Positions 28,641-39,035 are shown, counted from the stretch's first letter. The stretch is 64,000 nucleotides of DNA from Thermoanaerobaculia bacterium (GCA_038245905.1 JBBRRY010000017.1:7793-71792), one strand, 5' to 3'. Notes: generated by a model not told the origin, from the sequence alone. Translations and numbers: made by a program.

Positions 28641-29422
28641 ACGGCGGCCGGCTTGCGCTGTGGCCCGCGATCGACCTCATGGGCGGCCGCGTGGTCCGGC
28701 TGCTCAGGGGCAAGCGCGAGGCCGTGACGTTCTACGACGAGCAGCCTTCCGAGGCCGCGAGGCGATTTGCGGCGGAAGGCGCCGACGGCATCCACGTGGT
28801 GGATCTCGATGCGGCATTCGGAACGGGGGACAACGAAAGCAATCGGAAAGAGATTGAAGAAATACTTTCTGTTTCGGAGGCTTCCGGGGTGGCAGTGCAA
28901 GTCGGGGGAGGGCTGCGCGCCACCGCGGCCGTCGAAGATTTCTTAGAAGGGGTGAGTACCGCTAGGGCAGTTGTCGGCAGCCTGCCGTTCCTCGACCGCC
29001 CCGCGTTCACACACCTTCTAAGAAAATCTTCCTCTTCCGTCTCGGCCCGCATCGTGGTGGCCCTCGATTGCAAGGATGGCCGTCCGACCGTCCGCGGCTG
29101 GACCGAGGACGCGGGAGCGGGTGACGCCGTGTCCGTGGCACGCGAGATGTGGGGCCTCGGCGTCCGGGCGCTCCTCGTCACGGACGTCGCGTGCGACGGG
29201 GCCATGACGGGCCCGAATCTCGAACTCCTCGCCGGAGTGCGCGCCGTCTTTCCGGGCGAGATCCTGGCGTCCGGCGGCATGCGAGGAGAACGGGATCTCG
29301 ATCCGGTCGACCGCACGCTCGCGGGTGGGCCCCGCGGCGCCATCTTCGGCCGCGCATTGCACGGCGGAGTCACCACCATGGCGAAGCTCAAGGCGGCGCG
29401 CGACCTCGGGAGGCCTTCATGA
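28637..29422 (+). CDS. hisA: ProFAR isomerase (HisA)
   Basis: GTG at 28637. [25 protein letters not shown] and VQVGGGLR motifs. Contains repeat copies L and G. Confidence 0.9.
   Translation: MNGGRLALWPAIDLMGGRVVRLLRGKREAVTFYDEQPSEAARRFAAEGADGIHVVDLDAAFGTGDNESNRKEIEEILSVSEASGVAVQVGGGLRATAAVEDFLEGVSTARAVVGSLPFLDRPAFTHLLRKSSSSVSARIVVALDCKDGRPTVRGWTEDAGAGDAVSVAREMWGLGVRALLVTDVACDGAMTGPNLELLAGVRAVFPGEILASGGMRGERDLDPVDRTLAGGPRGAIFGRALHGGVTTMAKLKAARDLGRPS
28934..28960 (-). repeat. CT-rich dispersed element, copy L (in hisA, reverse; encodes EDFLEGVST)
   Basis: GAAGATTTCTTAGAAGGGGTGAGTACC. Contains the exact complement of the 11-mer (TTCTTAGAAGG). Confidence 0.75.
29008..29040 (+). repeat. CT-rich dispersed element, copy G (in hisA; encodes [11 protein letters not shown])
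   Basis: CACACACCTTCTAAGAAAATCTTCCTCTTCCGT. Contains the exact 11-mer, read in a different frame from copies A, D and F. Confidence 0.8.
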
Positions 29423-30852
29423 CCCTCGCCGTCCGCGTCATCCCGTGTCTGGACGTCTCGGAAGGCCGCGTCGTAAAGGGCGTCTCGTTCGAAAATCTCC
29501 GCGACGCGGGAGATCCGGTCGAAGCGGCCACGCGCTACGAGGCCGAGGGGGCCGACGAGGTGGCTTTCCTCGACATCGCGGCCGCGCACGAGAAGCGAGG
29601 GACGTTCGTGGGGCTCGTGGGGCGCGTGGCCGAGGCGCTGTCTATTCCCTTCACCGTCGGCGGCGGCGTGCGTTCCGTGGAGGACGCGGACGCGCTCCTC
29701 AAGGCCGGGGCCGACCGGGTCACGGTGAACACAGCCGCGGTCGAGGACCCTTCCCTCATCACGCGCCTCTCCGAGCGGTTCGGAGCGCAGTGCGTCGTCG
29801 TCGCAATCGACGGAAAGAGGCTGCGCGATCCGAACGGCCTCGCGGTGATGCGCGTGACGACTCACGGGGGGAGGCGGCCCGTAGACCGCACGGTCACATC
29901 CTGGGCGGCCGCGGCGGCGGCAGCAGGAGCCGGCGAGATTCTGCTCACGTCCGTCGACGCGGACGGCACCCAGGCGGGGTTCGATCTCGAAATGCTCCGC
30001 GCCGTTCGCTCCGTCGTGGATGTGCCGGTCGTGGCCTCGGGAGGCGCGGGCCGGCTCGAAGACTTCGCGAAGGCGGTTCTCATCGGGGGCGCCGACGCCG
30101 TGCTCGCGGCGTCCGTCTTCCACGACCGCGTCTTCACGATTGGCGCGGTCAAGGAGGCGATGCGGCGTGCCGGCCTCGTCGTGCGCCCCGCTCCGGCCCG
30201 CGCACGTACGCTGCTTCCCCGCTACGACGAGAACGGGCTCGTGCCCGTGATCATGCGGGACGTCGCGACCGGCAGGGTCCTCACGCTCGCGTGGGCGAAC
30301 GCGGACGCGATCGCAAAGACCCGCGAGACCGGCCTCGCGCACTTCTACAGCCGGTCCCGGAAGTCCCTGTGGCGGAAGGGGGAGACGTCGGGGAACATCC
30401 AGCACGTCGCGGGAATTTCCCTCGACTGCGACGACGATGCCGTGCTGTACGACGTGCGCCCGTCGGGTCCCGCCTGCCACACGGGAGCGGAATCGTGCTT
30501 CACGCGCGTGGAGAGCTTCGACTCCTTCGACGTCCATGGCGCAGTCGCCGACGGGCTCGACCTCACCGAACTGTTCGCCGTCGTGAGGAGCCGGAAGGAA
30601 TCGCCGGTCGCCGGCTCGTATACGAGCAAGCTCTTTGACGACGGAATAGCGCGCATCGCACAGAAAGTGGGGGAGGAAGCCGTCGAGACGGCGCTCGCCT
30701 CGGTGACAGGCGACGGCAATGCGCTCGCGGGAGAGGCGGCCGATCTTCTTTATCACCTCGCGGTCCTGCTCACGGCGCGCGGCGTCGCACCGGGCGACGT
30801 CGCCGCGAAACTCGCTGAGCGCCGAGGCGCCGCGAGGCGCGAGAAGCCGTGA
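29419..30852 (+). CDS. hisFIE: Triple fusion: IGP synthase cyclase subunit HisF + PR-AMP cyclohydrolase HisI + PR-ATP pyrophosphatase HisE
   Basis: ATG at 29419. HisF: [15 protein letters not shown]...VLAASVFH. HisI: [18 protein letters not shown]...CHTGAESCF. HisE: [10 protein letters not shown]...[13 protein letters not shown]. One ORF of 477 aa. Confidence 0.85.
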   Translation: MTLAVRVIPCLDVSEGRVVKGVSFENLRDAGDPVEAATRYEAEGADEVAFLDIAAAHEKRGTFVGLVGRVAEALSIPFTVGGGVRSVEDADALLKAGADRVTVNTAAVEDPSLITRLSERFGAQCVVVAIDGKRLRDPNGLAVMRVTTHGGRRPVDRTVTSWAAAAAAAGAGEILLTSVDADGTQAGFDLEMLRAVRSVVDVPVVASGGAGRLEDFAKAVLIGGADAVLAASVFHDRVFTIGAVKEAMRRAGLVVRPAPARARTLLPRYDENGLVPVIMRDVATGRVLTLAWANADAIAKTRETGLAHFYSRSRKSLWRKGETSGNIQHVAGISLDCDDDAVLYDVRPSGPACHTGAESCFTRVESFDSFDVHGAVADGLDLTELFAVVRSRKESPVAGSYTSKLFDDGIARIAQKVGEEAVETALASVTGDGNALAGEAADLLYHLAVLLTARGVAPGDVAAKLAERRGAARREKP

Positions 30853-32225
30853 GGAATCTCCACCGCCTCGTCGTGGTCGAGAGGCCGGCGGACCTTACGA
30901 CGCCCGTTGCGCTCATGAAGGGCCTTCTTGCCGGCGAGGGGCCGTGCTTCCTTCTCGAATCGGTCGAGGGGGGCGACCGCGTGGCGCGGTGGTCCTTCCT
31001 CGGGGCGTCGCCCTCGGGAGAGATCTCCGGCCAGGATACGGATCCGTTCGCCGCCCTCCGCGCGCTGCCTCGCGGCGAAATGGCGGCAGGCGGGGACGAC
31101 CTCCCTCCCTTCACGGGCGGAGCCGTCGGTTACGCGGGCTACGACGCCGTGAGGCGCCTCGAACGCCTCCCCGAAACGAACCCGGACCCGATCGGGCTGC
31201 CGGACGCGTGGTTCGGGATCTTCGACGCGGTCATCGCGTTCGACCATGTGCGGCACCGCCTTCTCTTCGTGACGCATGCCGAAGAGGGCCGGGAGGAAGA
31301 GGCGCGCGCTCGTCTGCACGCGCTCGAGGCGCGCACCCTCACCCGAGGTGGTGAAACGCGCACAGAGACTCTCTCTTCTCTTACCTTCAAAGAATCTTCT
31401 CCTCGTTCCTCCTACATCGCGGCGGTCGAGCGCGCGAAGGAGCACATTCGGGCGGGCGACGTGTTTCAGGTCGTCCTCTCGCGCCGCTGGTCCGCACCCT
31501 TCGACGGCGACGCCTTCGCTGTCTACCGCGCGCTCCGGTCCATCAGCCCGTCGCCGTACCAGTACTTCCTGAGGACGCCGCACGGCGCGATCTTCGGAGC
31601 CTCGCCCGAGCGACTCGTGCGCGTCGCGGCGGCCCTCGGCGGCGCGGCCGTGGAGACGATTCCTCTCGCCGGCACCCGCGCGCGCGGCGCGACGCGCGAA
31701 GAGGACCTCGCCCTCGAGAAGGAGCTCCTCGCGGACCCGAAGGAGCGCGCGGAGCACGTGATGCTCGTGGATCTCGGGAGAAACGACCTCGGCCGAGTCG
31801 CGAAGGCCGGGAGCGTGCGCGTGGAAGATTTTTTCCGCGTCGAGCGCTATTCCCACGTGATGCACATCGCCTCGCGCGTGACCGGCGTTCTCGCCGAGGG
31901 GAAGGACGCCGTCGACGCTCTCGTGGCGACGTTTCCGGCCGGGACGCTTACGGGAGCGCCGAAAATACGCGCGATGGAGATCATCGAGGACCTCGAGCCG
32001 GTGCGGCGCGGCGCCTACGGCGGCACCGTGGGCTACCTCGACTTCGCCGGAAACCTCGACGTGGCTATCGCGATCCGCACGGCGGTCGTCGCGAACGGCA
32101 TTCTCCACGTGCAGGCCGGCGCCGGCATCGTCGCCGACTCCGACCCCGAGGCCGAAGCGACCGAGTGCGAGAACAAGGCCCGTGCTCTCATGGGCGCCGT
32201 TGCGAAGGCGGGGACGTACCGATGA
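30849..32225 (+). CDS. trpE: Anthranilate synthase component I
   Basis: [23 protein letters not shown] and [15 protein letters not shown] motifs. GTGA overlap with the upstream stop. Confidence 0.94.
   Translation: MRNLHRLVVVERPADLTTPVALMKGLLAGEGPCFLLESVEGGDRVARWSFLGASPSGEISGQDTDPFAALRALPRGEMAAGGDDLPPFTGGAVGYAGYDAVRRLERLPETNPDPIGLPDAWFGIFDAVIAFDHVRHRLLFVTHAEEGREEEARARLHALEARTLTRGGETRTETLSSLTFKESSPRSSYIAAVERAKEHIRAGDVFQVVLSRRWSAPFDGDAFAVYRALRSISPSPYQYFLRTPHGAIFGASPERLVRVAAALGGAAVETIPLAGTRARGATREEDLALEKELLADPKERAEHVMLVDLGRNDLGRVAKAGSVRVEDFFRVERYSHVMHIASRVTGVLAEGKDAVDALVATFPAGTLTGAPKIRAMEIIEDLEPVRRGAYGGTVGYLDFAGNLDVAIAIRTAVVANGILHVQAGAGIVADSDPEAEATECENKARALMGAVAKAGTYR
31368..31412 (+). repeat. 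CT-rich dispersed element, copy H (in trpE; encodes [15 protein letters not shown])
   Basis: ACTCTCTCTTCTCTTACCTTCAAAGAATCTTCTCCTCGTTCCTCC. The core TAA is changed to AAA in the reading frame. Confidence 0.75.
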
Positions 32226-32791
32226 TCCTCGTCGTCGACAACTACGACTCCTTCACGTACAACCTCGTCCAGATCCTCTCCATGTTCGACGGCGACGTAC
32301 GCGTCGTGCGAAACGACGCGCTCAGCGTGGACGCGATCCTCGCTGCGAAGCCGGACCGGCTCGTCGTGTCTCCGGGGCCGGGCCGGCCGGAAGACGCGGG
32401 AGTCTCGTGCGAGCTGATCCGCCGGAACGAGCGGATCCCTCTCTTAGGAGTCTGCCTCGGGCATCAGGCCCTCGGGGCCGTCTTCGGCGGAACGGTCTCC
32501 CGCGCGCCGGTCCTCATGCACGGCAAGACTTCGGAAATCTCGCACGAGGGAGCGGGCCTTTTCGCGGGGCTCCCGAGCCCGTTCACGGCCACGCGGTACC
32601 ACTCCCTCGTCGTGGAGCGGGACTCGGTTCCCGCGGCGCTCCGGATCACCGCCACGACCGATGACGGGCTCGTGATGGGCCTCGCCCATCGGACCCGCCC
32701 TCTCGTCGGCGTGCAGTTCCATCCCGAGTCGATCCTGACGAAAGAGGGGGAGCGGCTCCTGAAGAACTTCGTGGACGGGCGGCTCGCGTGA
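32222..32791 (+). CDS. trpG: Anthranilate synthase component II (glutamine amidotransferase)
   Basis: [26 protein letters not shown] and VQFHPES motifs. ATG at 32222. Confidence 0.94.
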   Translation: MILVVDNYDSFTYNLVQILSMFDGDVRVVRNDALSVDAILAAKPDRLVVSPGPGRPEDAGVSCELIRRNERIPLLGVCLGHQALGAVFGGTVSRAPVLMHGKTSEISHEGAGLFAGLPSPFTATRYHSLVVERDSVPAALRITATTDDGLVMGLAHRTRPLVGVQFHPESILTKEGERLLKNFVDGRLA

Positions 32792-33828
32792 CGACGGCCG
32801 CCCATCGCGCGCTCTGGACGGTGGCGCGTGGCGCGCATCTGACCCGCGCGGAAGCGCGGGCAGCCGTGACGGCGCTTCTCGACGAGGACATCCCCGGGAC
32901 GATCGTGGCCGGCCTCCTCGCGGCGCTGGCGGCCCGGGGCGAGACGATCGAGGTCGTGGCGGGCGCCGTGGATGTCCTCCGGGCGCGGGCGGCGCGGCCT
33001 CCCGTGGACGCGGCACTGGCCGCCCGCTCCATCGACGTCTGCGGAACCGGGGGCGACGGGTTCGGCACCTTCAATGTCTCGACGGCCGCCGCGTTCGTGG
33101 TCGCGGGCGCAGGGACGCCCGTCGCCAAACACGGGAACCGTGCCGTCTCCTCGGCATGCGGCTCGGCCGACGTCCTCGCAGCGCTTGGTGTCGAAATCGA
33201 GATGTCTCCCGTCCGGGCCGCCGAGGCGCTCGCGCGCGCGAACGTCACTTTCTTCTTCGCGCCGCTCTATCACCCCTCGATGAAGAAGGTAGGCCCGATC
33301 CGGCGCGAGCTGGGAGTCCGCACGGTATTCAACCTCGCCGGACCCCTTTCGAATCCGCTCGGCGTGACGCGGCAGATCGTGGGGGTGGATCATCCCGAGC
33401 GGGTGCCCGTGATCGCGGGAGCCCTCGCGGAGCTCAACACCGAGCGCGCGCTGGTGTTCTCGCACGAGACCGGCGGCGACGAGCTGCTGCCCTTCGGGCG
33501 CACGTTCGCGGCAGACGTGCGCGGGACCCATGTCGAGCTTCTCGAGCTCTCTGCCCCGGATTTCGGCCTCGAGGAGGGCGAGGGGGCCGATCCCTTGAAG
33601 GGCGGGGACGCCCACACGAACGCGGAGATCCTGCGCGCGATCCTGGGAGGCTTCCGGCGCGACGCGCGGGACGTCGTCCTGATGAACGCTGCAGCTGCGC
33701 TCGTCGTCTCGGGACTGGCCGCTGATTACCGGGAAGGCGTCACGCGGGCGGAACACGCCATCGACGAGGGGAGTGCCCGGGAGGCGCTCGATGCGCTCGT
33801 GAGAATCTCGAACGGGGTCCCGTCCTAA
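32788..33828 (+). CDS. trpD: Anthranilate phosphoribosyltransferase
   Basis: DVCGTGGDGFGTFNVSTAAAFVVAGAG and KHGNRAVSS motifs. Confidence 0.95.
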   Translation: MTTAAHRALWTVARGAHLTRAEARAAVTALLDEDIPGTIVAGLLAALAARGETIEVVAGAVDVLRARAARPPVDAALAARSIDVCGTGGDGFGTFNVSTAAAFVVAGAGTPVAKHGNRAVSSACGSADVLAALGVEIEMSPVRAAEALARANVTFFFAPLYHPSMKKVGPIRRELGVRTVFNLAGPLSNPLGVTRQIVGVDHPERVPVIAGALAELNTERALVFSHETGGDELLPFGRTFAADVRGTHVELLELSAPDFGLEEGEGADPLKGGDAHTNAEILRAILGGFRRDARDVVLMNAAAALVVSGLAADYREGVTRAEHAIDEGSAREALDALVRISNGVPS

Positions 33829-33878
33829 GAGGAGTAAGAGGGAGAGAAATTTCTTAGAAAGGGTAAGAGGAAGAGGGG
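33826..33878 (-). repeat. CT-rich dispersed element, copy M (fills the trpD-trpC intergenic gap, reverse; supplies the trpC SD sequence)
   Basis: TAAGAGGAGTAAGAGGGAGAGAAATTTCTTAGAAAGGGTAAGAGGAAGAGGGG, immediately followed by the trpC ATG at 33879. Confidence 0.8.
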
Positions 33879-35390
33879 ATGGGCGGATCGATTCTTGGGG
33901 AGATTCTCGCCGCCAAGCGGCGCCGGATCGCCCGTGGGGAGTTCACGGCCGAGACGGGCGCGCGCGCACGCACCAGCGGGGGTAGGGGCGCGCAGCCCGC
34001 GGCGCGGCCCGACGGCGCGCGCTTCGCCGCGGCCCTTAGGTCTCACCCTTCTCTTTCTTCCTCCTCCATTTCTAAGCAAGTCTTTCCTCTTCCTCTCCTT
34101 CTTTCCGAGATCAAGCACCGCTCCCCGAGCGCGGGCCTGATTCTTCCCGACGCGTCCTCGCGAATCGAGTCCCTCGCGCGCGCCTATCGGCGCGGCGGGG
34201 CGTCGGTCCTCTCCGTCGTCGTCGAGCAGGACTTCTTCGGCGGCGATCCGTCATGGCTGCCCCGCGCGAAGGCTGCGTCCGGGCTGCCCGTCCTGATGAA
34301 GGACTTCATCGTGGACGAGGCACAGCTGGACTTCGCCGCGGCCCTCGGCGCCGACGCGGTGCTCCTCCTCGTGTCTGCCCTCGAGGACGAGGGGCTTTCG
34401 CGCCTCCATGCGGCCGCGCGCTCCCGCGGTCTCGCGGTCCTCGTGGAGGCGCACGACGAGGCCGAGACCCGGCGGGCGCTGGATGTGGGCGCGGAGGTTG
34501 TCGGCGTGAACGCGCGGGATCTCGAGACGTTCGCCGTCGACCTGCCTGGAATGGCCCGCCTCGGTTCGCTCCTGCCGACGTCAGTCGTCCGCGTGGCCGA
34601 GAGCGGCATCAGGACCCGAGCGGACATCGAGGCTCTCTCCATGGCGGGCTATGGGGCTTTTCTCGTCGGTGAGACGCTCCTCCGCGCGTCCGACCCGGCG
34701 CGCGCCCTGCGCGAGCTCAAGGGCGAGAACGCGACCGAGATCAAGATCTGCGGCGTCACCCGGGAAGAAGACGTCGACGCGTGCCTGGAGTTCGGCGTGG
34801 ACTGGATCGGGCTCATCTTCGCGGAGCGCTCGCCGCGGAAATTGACGCCAGAGAGAGGAAGAATTCTTCGAATGAGGGCAATGGGGGAGCGCGGTGCGCG
34901 ACGAGAGGAAGGCGGGGCTGCGGGCGCCGTCAAGGGTGTGGTGGTTGTCTTCGACGGGGGCGACGAGGAAGAGATTCTTCGAGTCATTGAACTCGTTCGT
35001 CCGGACGTCGTTCAAATGCCAGATCCCCCTCTTACCCTTCAAAAGAAATTCTCTTCTTTCTCTTTTCTTTCGCTGTGGAACACCCTTCGTGTCGGGAGAG
35101 ATGACTTGTCGAGTGCGAATGAGCGGCGCGGCGCCGCTCTCCACTTCGATACGTCGGTGGCCGGGGCGAGCGGTGGCACCGGCAAGACATTCGACTGGAC
35201 TCTTCTGGACGCCGTCGATCGATCGCGCCCGCTGATTCTCGCGGGCGGCCTGAATCCCGGAAACGTGGCGGACGCCGTCAGAAGAGTGAAGCCGGACGTC
35301 GTGGACGTGGCGTCGGGAGTGGAGTCCGCGCCCGGAATCAAGGATCGGGCGAAAATCGCCGCATTCGTGAGGGAGGTCCGTGGTGCCTGA
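33879..35390 (+). CDS. trpCF: Bifunctional indole-3-glycerol phosphate synthase / phosphoribosylanthranilate isomerase
   Basis: TrpC: [21 protein letters not shown]. TrpF: [12 protein letters not shown]...[12 protein letters not shown]...GGTGKTFDW. Carries repeat copies J, Q and I. Confidence 0.88.
   Translation: MGGSILGEILAAKRRRIARGEFTAETGARARTSGGRGAQPAARPDGARFAAALRSHPSLSSSSISKQVFPLPLLLSEIKHRSPSAGLILPDASSRIESLARAYRRGGASVLSVVVEQDFFGGDPSWLPRAKAASGLPVLMKDFIVDEAQLDFAAALGADAVLLLVSALEDEGLSRLHAAARSRGLAVLVEAHDEAETRRALDVGAEVVGVNARDLETFAVDLPGMARLGSLLPTSVVRVAESGIRTRADIEALSMAGYGAFLVGETLLRASDPARALRELKGENATEIKICGVTREEDVDACLEFGVDWIGLIFAERSPRKLTPERGRILRMRAMGERGARREEGGAAGAVKGVVVVFDGGDEEEILRVIELVRPDVVQMPDPPLTLQKKFSSFSFLSLWNTLRVGRDDLSSANERRGAALHFDTSVAGASGGTGKTFDWTLLDAVDRSRPLILAGGLNPGNVADAVRRVKPDVVDVASGVESAPGIKDRAKIAAFVREVRGA
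34035..34106 (+). repeat. CT-rich dispersed element, copy J (in the trpC part; encodes [24 protein letters not shown])
   Basis: CTTAGGTCTCACCCTTCTCTTTCTTCCTCCTCCATTTCTAAGCAAGTCTTTCCTCTTCCTCTCCTTCTTTCC. Almost pure pyrimidine apart from the core. Confidence 0.7.
34851..34878. repeat. Element-related patch Q with palindromic core (in the trpF part)
   Basis: GAGAGAGGAAGAATTCTTCGAATGAGGG. The GAAGAATTCTTC palindrome resembles the AAGAATTCTTCGGAATTC segment of copy B. Confidence 0.5.
35025..35072 (+). repeat. CT-rich dispersed element, copy I (in the trpF part; encodes [17 protein letters not shown])
   Basis: CCCCCTCTTACCCTTCAAAAGAAATTCTCTTCTTTCTCTTTTCTTTCG. Confidence 0.75.
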
Positions 35391-36603
35391 CGCGACTGGA
35401 GAGGCATTTCGCCCGCCCGAGGCCGACGCCGAGGGGCGCTTTGGAGCGTTCGGCGGGCGCTTCGTCCCGGAGACGCTGATGGCGCCCCTCGAGGAGCTGA
35501 CGCGCGCCTACAAGGACGCCCGCCGCGATCCCGCCTTCCGGCGCGAGCTGGACGGACTCCTGAAGACCTACGCCGGCCGGCCGACACCGCTCACGTATGC
35601 GAAGCGCCTCTCCGAGAATCTGGGCGGCGCGAGGATCTTCCTGAAGCGCGAAGACCTCCTCCACACGGGAGCGCACAAGATCAACAACGCGCTCGGACAG
35701 GCGCTTCTCACGAAGAGGATGGGCAAGGCGCGCGTCATCGCGGAGACCGGAGCCGGACAACATGGCGTGGCCACGGCGACGGCGTGCGCCCTCCTCGGCC
35801 TCGAGTGCGTCGTTTACATGGGAGCCGTCGACGTGGAGCGGCAGGCTCTGAATGTCTACCGGATGAAGCTGCTCGGCGCGACGGTCGTGCCCGTGACGGC
35901 CGGCTCGCGCACGCTCAAGGACGCGATCAACGAGGCCATGCGCGACTGGGTCGCCACGACCGCGACGACGCACTACATCCTGGGTTCGGTTCTGGGGCCG
36001 CATCCGTTCCCGACCATGGTGCGCGATTTCCAATCCGTGATCGGGCGGGAAGCCCTCGCGCAGAGCCGCAAGGTCCTCGGAAAGCTGCCCGACCTCCTCG
36101 TGGCATGCGTGGGCGGAGGCTCGAACGCGATCGGCCTCTTCCGGGAATTCCTGCCGTTCCAGGACGTCGAGATGGTCGGCGTCGAGGCCGGAGGGCGCAG
36201 CCTCGAGCCCGGCGAGCACGCAGCCCGTTTCGGGCCGGGTTCCGTCGGCGTCCTCCATGGCACGCGCACCTTGATCCTTCAGGACGCCGACGGGCAGGTG
36301 CTACCGACTCACTCCGTGTCCGCGGGCCTCGACTATCCGGCCGTGGGGCCCGAGCATGCGCGTCTTGCCGAGCTCGGACGGACCCAATATGTCTCGGTCC
36401 CGGACGACGCCGCGCTCGCGGCGTTCCACCGCCTCGCGGAGACCGAAGGGATCATTCCGGCCCTCGAGACAGCGCACGCCGTTGCCTGGGCCATCGAAGA
36501 GGCGCGCCGCCGGCCGAAGAGCGCCACGCTCCTCGTGAATCTCTCCGGCCGTGGTGACAAAGACGTCGTCCAGGTCGCGCGGCGCGAGGGCGTCGAGCTG
36601 TGA
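35380..36603 (+). CDS. trpB: Tryptophan synthase beta chain
   Basis: [18 protein letters not shown] and [12 protein letters not shown] motifs. GGGAGG SD sequence upstream of the GTG start. Confidence 0.96.
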   Translation: MVPDATGEAFRPPEADAEGRFGAFGGRFVPETLMAPLEELTRAYKDARRDPAFRRELDGLLKTYAGRPTPLTYAKRLSENLGGARIFLKREDLLHTGAHKINNALGQALLTKRMGKARVIAETGAGQHGVATATACALLGLECVVYMGAVDVERQALNVYRMKLLGATVVPVTAGSRTLKDAINEAMRDWVATTATTHYILGSVLGPHPFPTMVRDFQSVIGREALAQSRKVLGKLPDLLVACVGGGSNAIGLFREFLPFQDVEMVGVEAGGRSLEPGEHAARFGPGSVGVLHGTRTLILQDADGQVLPTHSVSAGLDYPAVGPEHARLAELGRTQYVSVPDDAALAAFHRLAETEGIIPALETAHAVAWAIEEARRRPKSATLLVNLSGRGDKDVVQVARREGVEL

Positions 36604-37418
36604 GCACTGTGAATCGCATCGGGCGAGCCTTCGCGACGGCCCGGGCCTCCGGACGGGCGGCGCTGATCGTCTTCGTGGAGGCGGGCGATCCCGATCTCGA
36701 GACGACCCGCCGGCTTCTTCCCGCGCTCGCGGAGGCGGGAGCCGACGTAATCGAGCTCGGGATCCCGTTCAGCGATCCGCTTGCGGACGGACCGGTCATC
36801 CAGCGCGCGAGCGAACGCGCCCTCGCGGCGGGGACGACGCTCCCGGCCGCGCTCTCCGTCCTCGCGGAGCTTCGGGCCGAGCGCTTCGTGGCGCCCGTCG
36901 TGATCTTCAGCTACGCGAATCCGGTACTCGCGATGGGGGAGGCCGAGTTCGCTCTCCGGGCGGCGCAGGCCGGCGCGGACGGAGTTCTCGTGACCGACCT
37001 CCCACCGGAAGAAGGCCGCCCCTTCGCGTCGGTCTTGAAGAGCGCGAAGCTCGATCCCGTCTACCTTGTCGCGCCGACGTCGCCGGACGAGCGCATCCGC
37101 AGGGCCGGGTCGCTCTCGCGCGGCTTCCTCTACGTCGTGTCGCGGGCCGGCATCACGGGCGCGCGCACGGCCCTGCCCGAGGGGCTCCCCGCCCTCGTGT
37201 CTCGCGTGCGGCAGCAGGTGCCGCGTCTTCCGATCGCGGTGGGCTTCGGCCTCTCGACGCCCGAGCAGGTCCGCGAGGTCGCTGCTTTGGCGGACGGCGT
37301 CGTCGTGGGGAGCGCGATCGTGGCCGCAATGGAAGCCGCCCGCGCGGCCGGCAGGGACCCCGTCGAGGCGGCGGCCGCTCTCGTCCGTTCGCTCGCCGCG
37401 GCCACGCCGAAAGGCTGA
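36600..37418 (+). CDS. trpA: Tryptophan synthase alpha chain
   Basis: [21 protein letters not shown] motif. GTGA overlap with the trpB stop. Confidence 0.95.
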   Translation: MSTVNRIGRAFATARASGRAALIVFVEAGDPDLETTRRLLPALAEAGADVIELGIPFSDPLADGPVIQRASERALAAGTTLPAALSVLAELRAERFVAPVVIFSYANPVLAMGEAEFALRAAQAGADGVLVTDLPPEEGRPFASVLKSAKLDPVYLVAPTSPDERIRRAGSLSRGFLYVVSRAGITGARTALPEGLPALVSRVRQQVPRLPIAVGFGLSTPEQVREVAALADGVVVGSAIVAAMEAARAAGRDPVEAAAALVRSLAAATPKG

Positions 37419-37419
37419 C

Positions 37420-38184
37420 GTGACCCGAGACGACTCGGGGCTGTCCGCCCGGATCTCGAAGGCCGACCGAAGAGCACTTGCCGCGCTGATCGCGGAAGAG
37501 CTTCCCCGCCTCACGGAACGCGACGCGCTTCAGGCGCTCCGTCACCCGCATGCCTCGGAGGCGATGATCGAGGAGATCCTCTCCTCGAAGACGCTGCTCT
37601 CGTTCCGGGGCGTTCGCCGGCTCGTCGCGGCGCACCCTCTCACGCCGCGGCATGCGGCGCTGCGCTGCCTCGACGATCTCCTGTGGCGCGACCTCCTCGA
37701 CGTCGGCCGCGAGGTGCGCACACCTCCGCCCGTGAGGGTCGCGGCCAACCGCAAGCTCGAAGGGGCGCTCCAGTTTCTCGCCGTCGGCGAGAAAATCGCG
37801 GTGGCCCGGTTCGCGTCGCCCTCGCTCTTTTCGGTGCTTCTCGACGAGCCGGACGTCCGCGTTCTCGAGGCGGTCCTCGCCAACCCGAGGCTCATGACCG
37901 AGGACCTTCAGCGCTGGCTCGCCACGGGGCATCCCCGGCCGGAATCGCTCGCTCTTCTCGCGTGCGACGCGCGCTGGGCGAGGCGGCCCGCGATCCGGAT
38001 CGCGCTGCTGACTCATCGAGCGACACCCCGTGCGGCGGCGCTCTCGCTCCTGACCTCGGCCTCGCGCGGCGAGTGGCTGCGGCTCGCGGAGGACCCGAAC
38101 GCGGACGCCCTTCTTTCCGCCTGTGCGCGAAAATTGCTCGAAAAAGGTCTCAAGCCCGTTGACAGAAGCGGTAAGTCGCCGTAG
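37420..38184 (+). CDS. Hypothetical protein with helical (LRV/HEAT-like) repeats
   Basis: GTG at 37420 in-frame within track ORF 37066..38184. Repeated ...NP(R/L)xxxE(D)L... helical pattern. No catalytic motif recognised. Confidence 0.5.
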   Translation: MTRDDSGLSARISKADRRALAALIAEELPRLTERDALQALRHPHASEAMIEEILSSKTLLSFRGVRRLVAAHPLTPRHAALRCLDDLLWRDLLDVGREVRTPPPVRVAANRKLEGALQFLAVGEKIAVARFASPSLFSVLLDEPDVRVLEAVLANPRLMTEDLQRWLATGHPRPESLALLACDARWARRPAIRIALLTHRATPRAAALSLLTSASRGEWLRLAEDPNADALLSACARKLLEKGLKPVDRSGKSP

Positions 38185-38207
38185 GCTAACACGTTACGGG
38201 GATTCGG

Positions 38208-39035
38208 GTGACTGCGGAGACTGCCCAGGAATTCGGCGAAGAACTTCGCCGTGAACGCGAGCTTCGAGACGTAAGCCGGGAACAGCTTTCGGCGGCGACG
38301 AAGGTTTCGCTGCGGCATATCGGCGCGCTCGAGTCCGGCCGTTACGACCAGCTTCCCGCCGGCGTCTTCTCGAAGGGCTTCGTCAAGGTGATTGCGCTGC
38401 ATCTCGGTCTCGACGCCGAGCGCGCCGTCGCCGCCTTCCGGCACGTGCACACGGGCTGGGAGGAGGACTGCGCGAAGCGTGAGCGCCAGGCGCCGATGAG
38501 CACGGCCGGTCTTCGCCTTTCGACGCCGCGGCGCGCGGTGTCTTCCTCGACGACGCTTCGCGGGATCGCGATCGCGCTGGTCCTCGCCGCCGTGACCGGC
38601 GCCGCGGCGTTCTTCCGGACGCGCGGCGCGGATCGCCGTGGTCCGGCCGCCTCGGCGACTCCGGTCGCCCGCGCCGAGAGCGGCCCGGCGTCCCTGGCCC
38701 TTCCGCCCGCGATCGCGGCCGCGACGGTGGCCCTGCCGGCGGGCACTTCTCTGCCGAGCGCCTTCTCCTCCCCGGCGTCGGGGCGCGGGAGAACGCTCTC
38801 CCTGACTTTCCGCGAAGAGTGCTGGGCCGAAGTGCTCGTGGACGGAAAGCTCGTCGTGCGCGGGTTCTTCCCGAAGGGTTCGCGCCGCGAGTTTTCGAAC
38901 GGCGGCACATTTACGCTTACGCTTGGAAACGCCGGCGCCGTCGAGGTCGTCGTCGATGGTCGTTCGCTCGGCACGCTGGGCGGCGAGCACGAGATCATCA
39001 AGAACTACGTGATCGAAGCGGCCCGTAAGGGCTGA
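38208..39035 (+). CDS. RodZ-like protein (N-terminal HTH, Ala/Pro linker, C-terminal DUF4115-like domain)
   Basis: FGEELRRERELRDVSREQLSAATKVSLRHIGALESG is an HTH motif. C-terminus is LTFREECWAEVLVDGKLV...TLTLGNAGAVEVVVDG. Confidence 0.7.
   Translation: MTAETAQEFGEELRRERELRDVSREQLSAATKVSLRHIGALESGRYDQLPAGVFSKGFVKVIALHLGLDAERAVAAFRHVHTGWEEDCAKRERQAPMSTAGLRLSTPRRAVSSSTTLRGIAIALVLAAVTGAAAFFRTRGADRRGPAASATPVARAESGPASLALPPAIAAATVALPAGTSLPSAFSSPASGRGRTLSLTFREECWAEVLVDGKLVVRGFFPKGSRREFSNGGTFTLTLGNAGAVEVVVDGRSLGTLGGEHEIIKNYVIEAARKG

Noticed and set aside
28732-30756. 674-aa minus-strand ORF antisense to hisA/hisFIE, and similar long antisense or out-of-frame ORFs across the his-trp array. Examples: 23302..25026(-), 26168..27163(-), 30753..32108(-), 32464..33756(-), 36333..37514(-), 29325..30638(+).
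   Set aside because: The sense-strand ORFs carry unambiguous enzyme motifs. The alternatives have Arg/Pro/Gly-rich shadow composition and no motifs.
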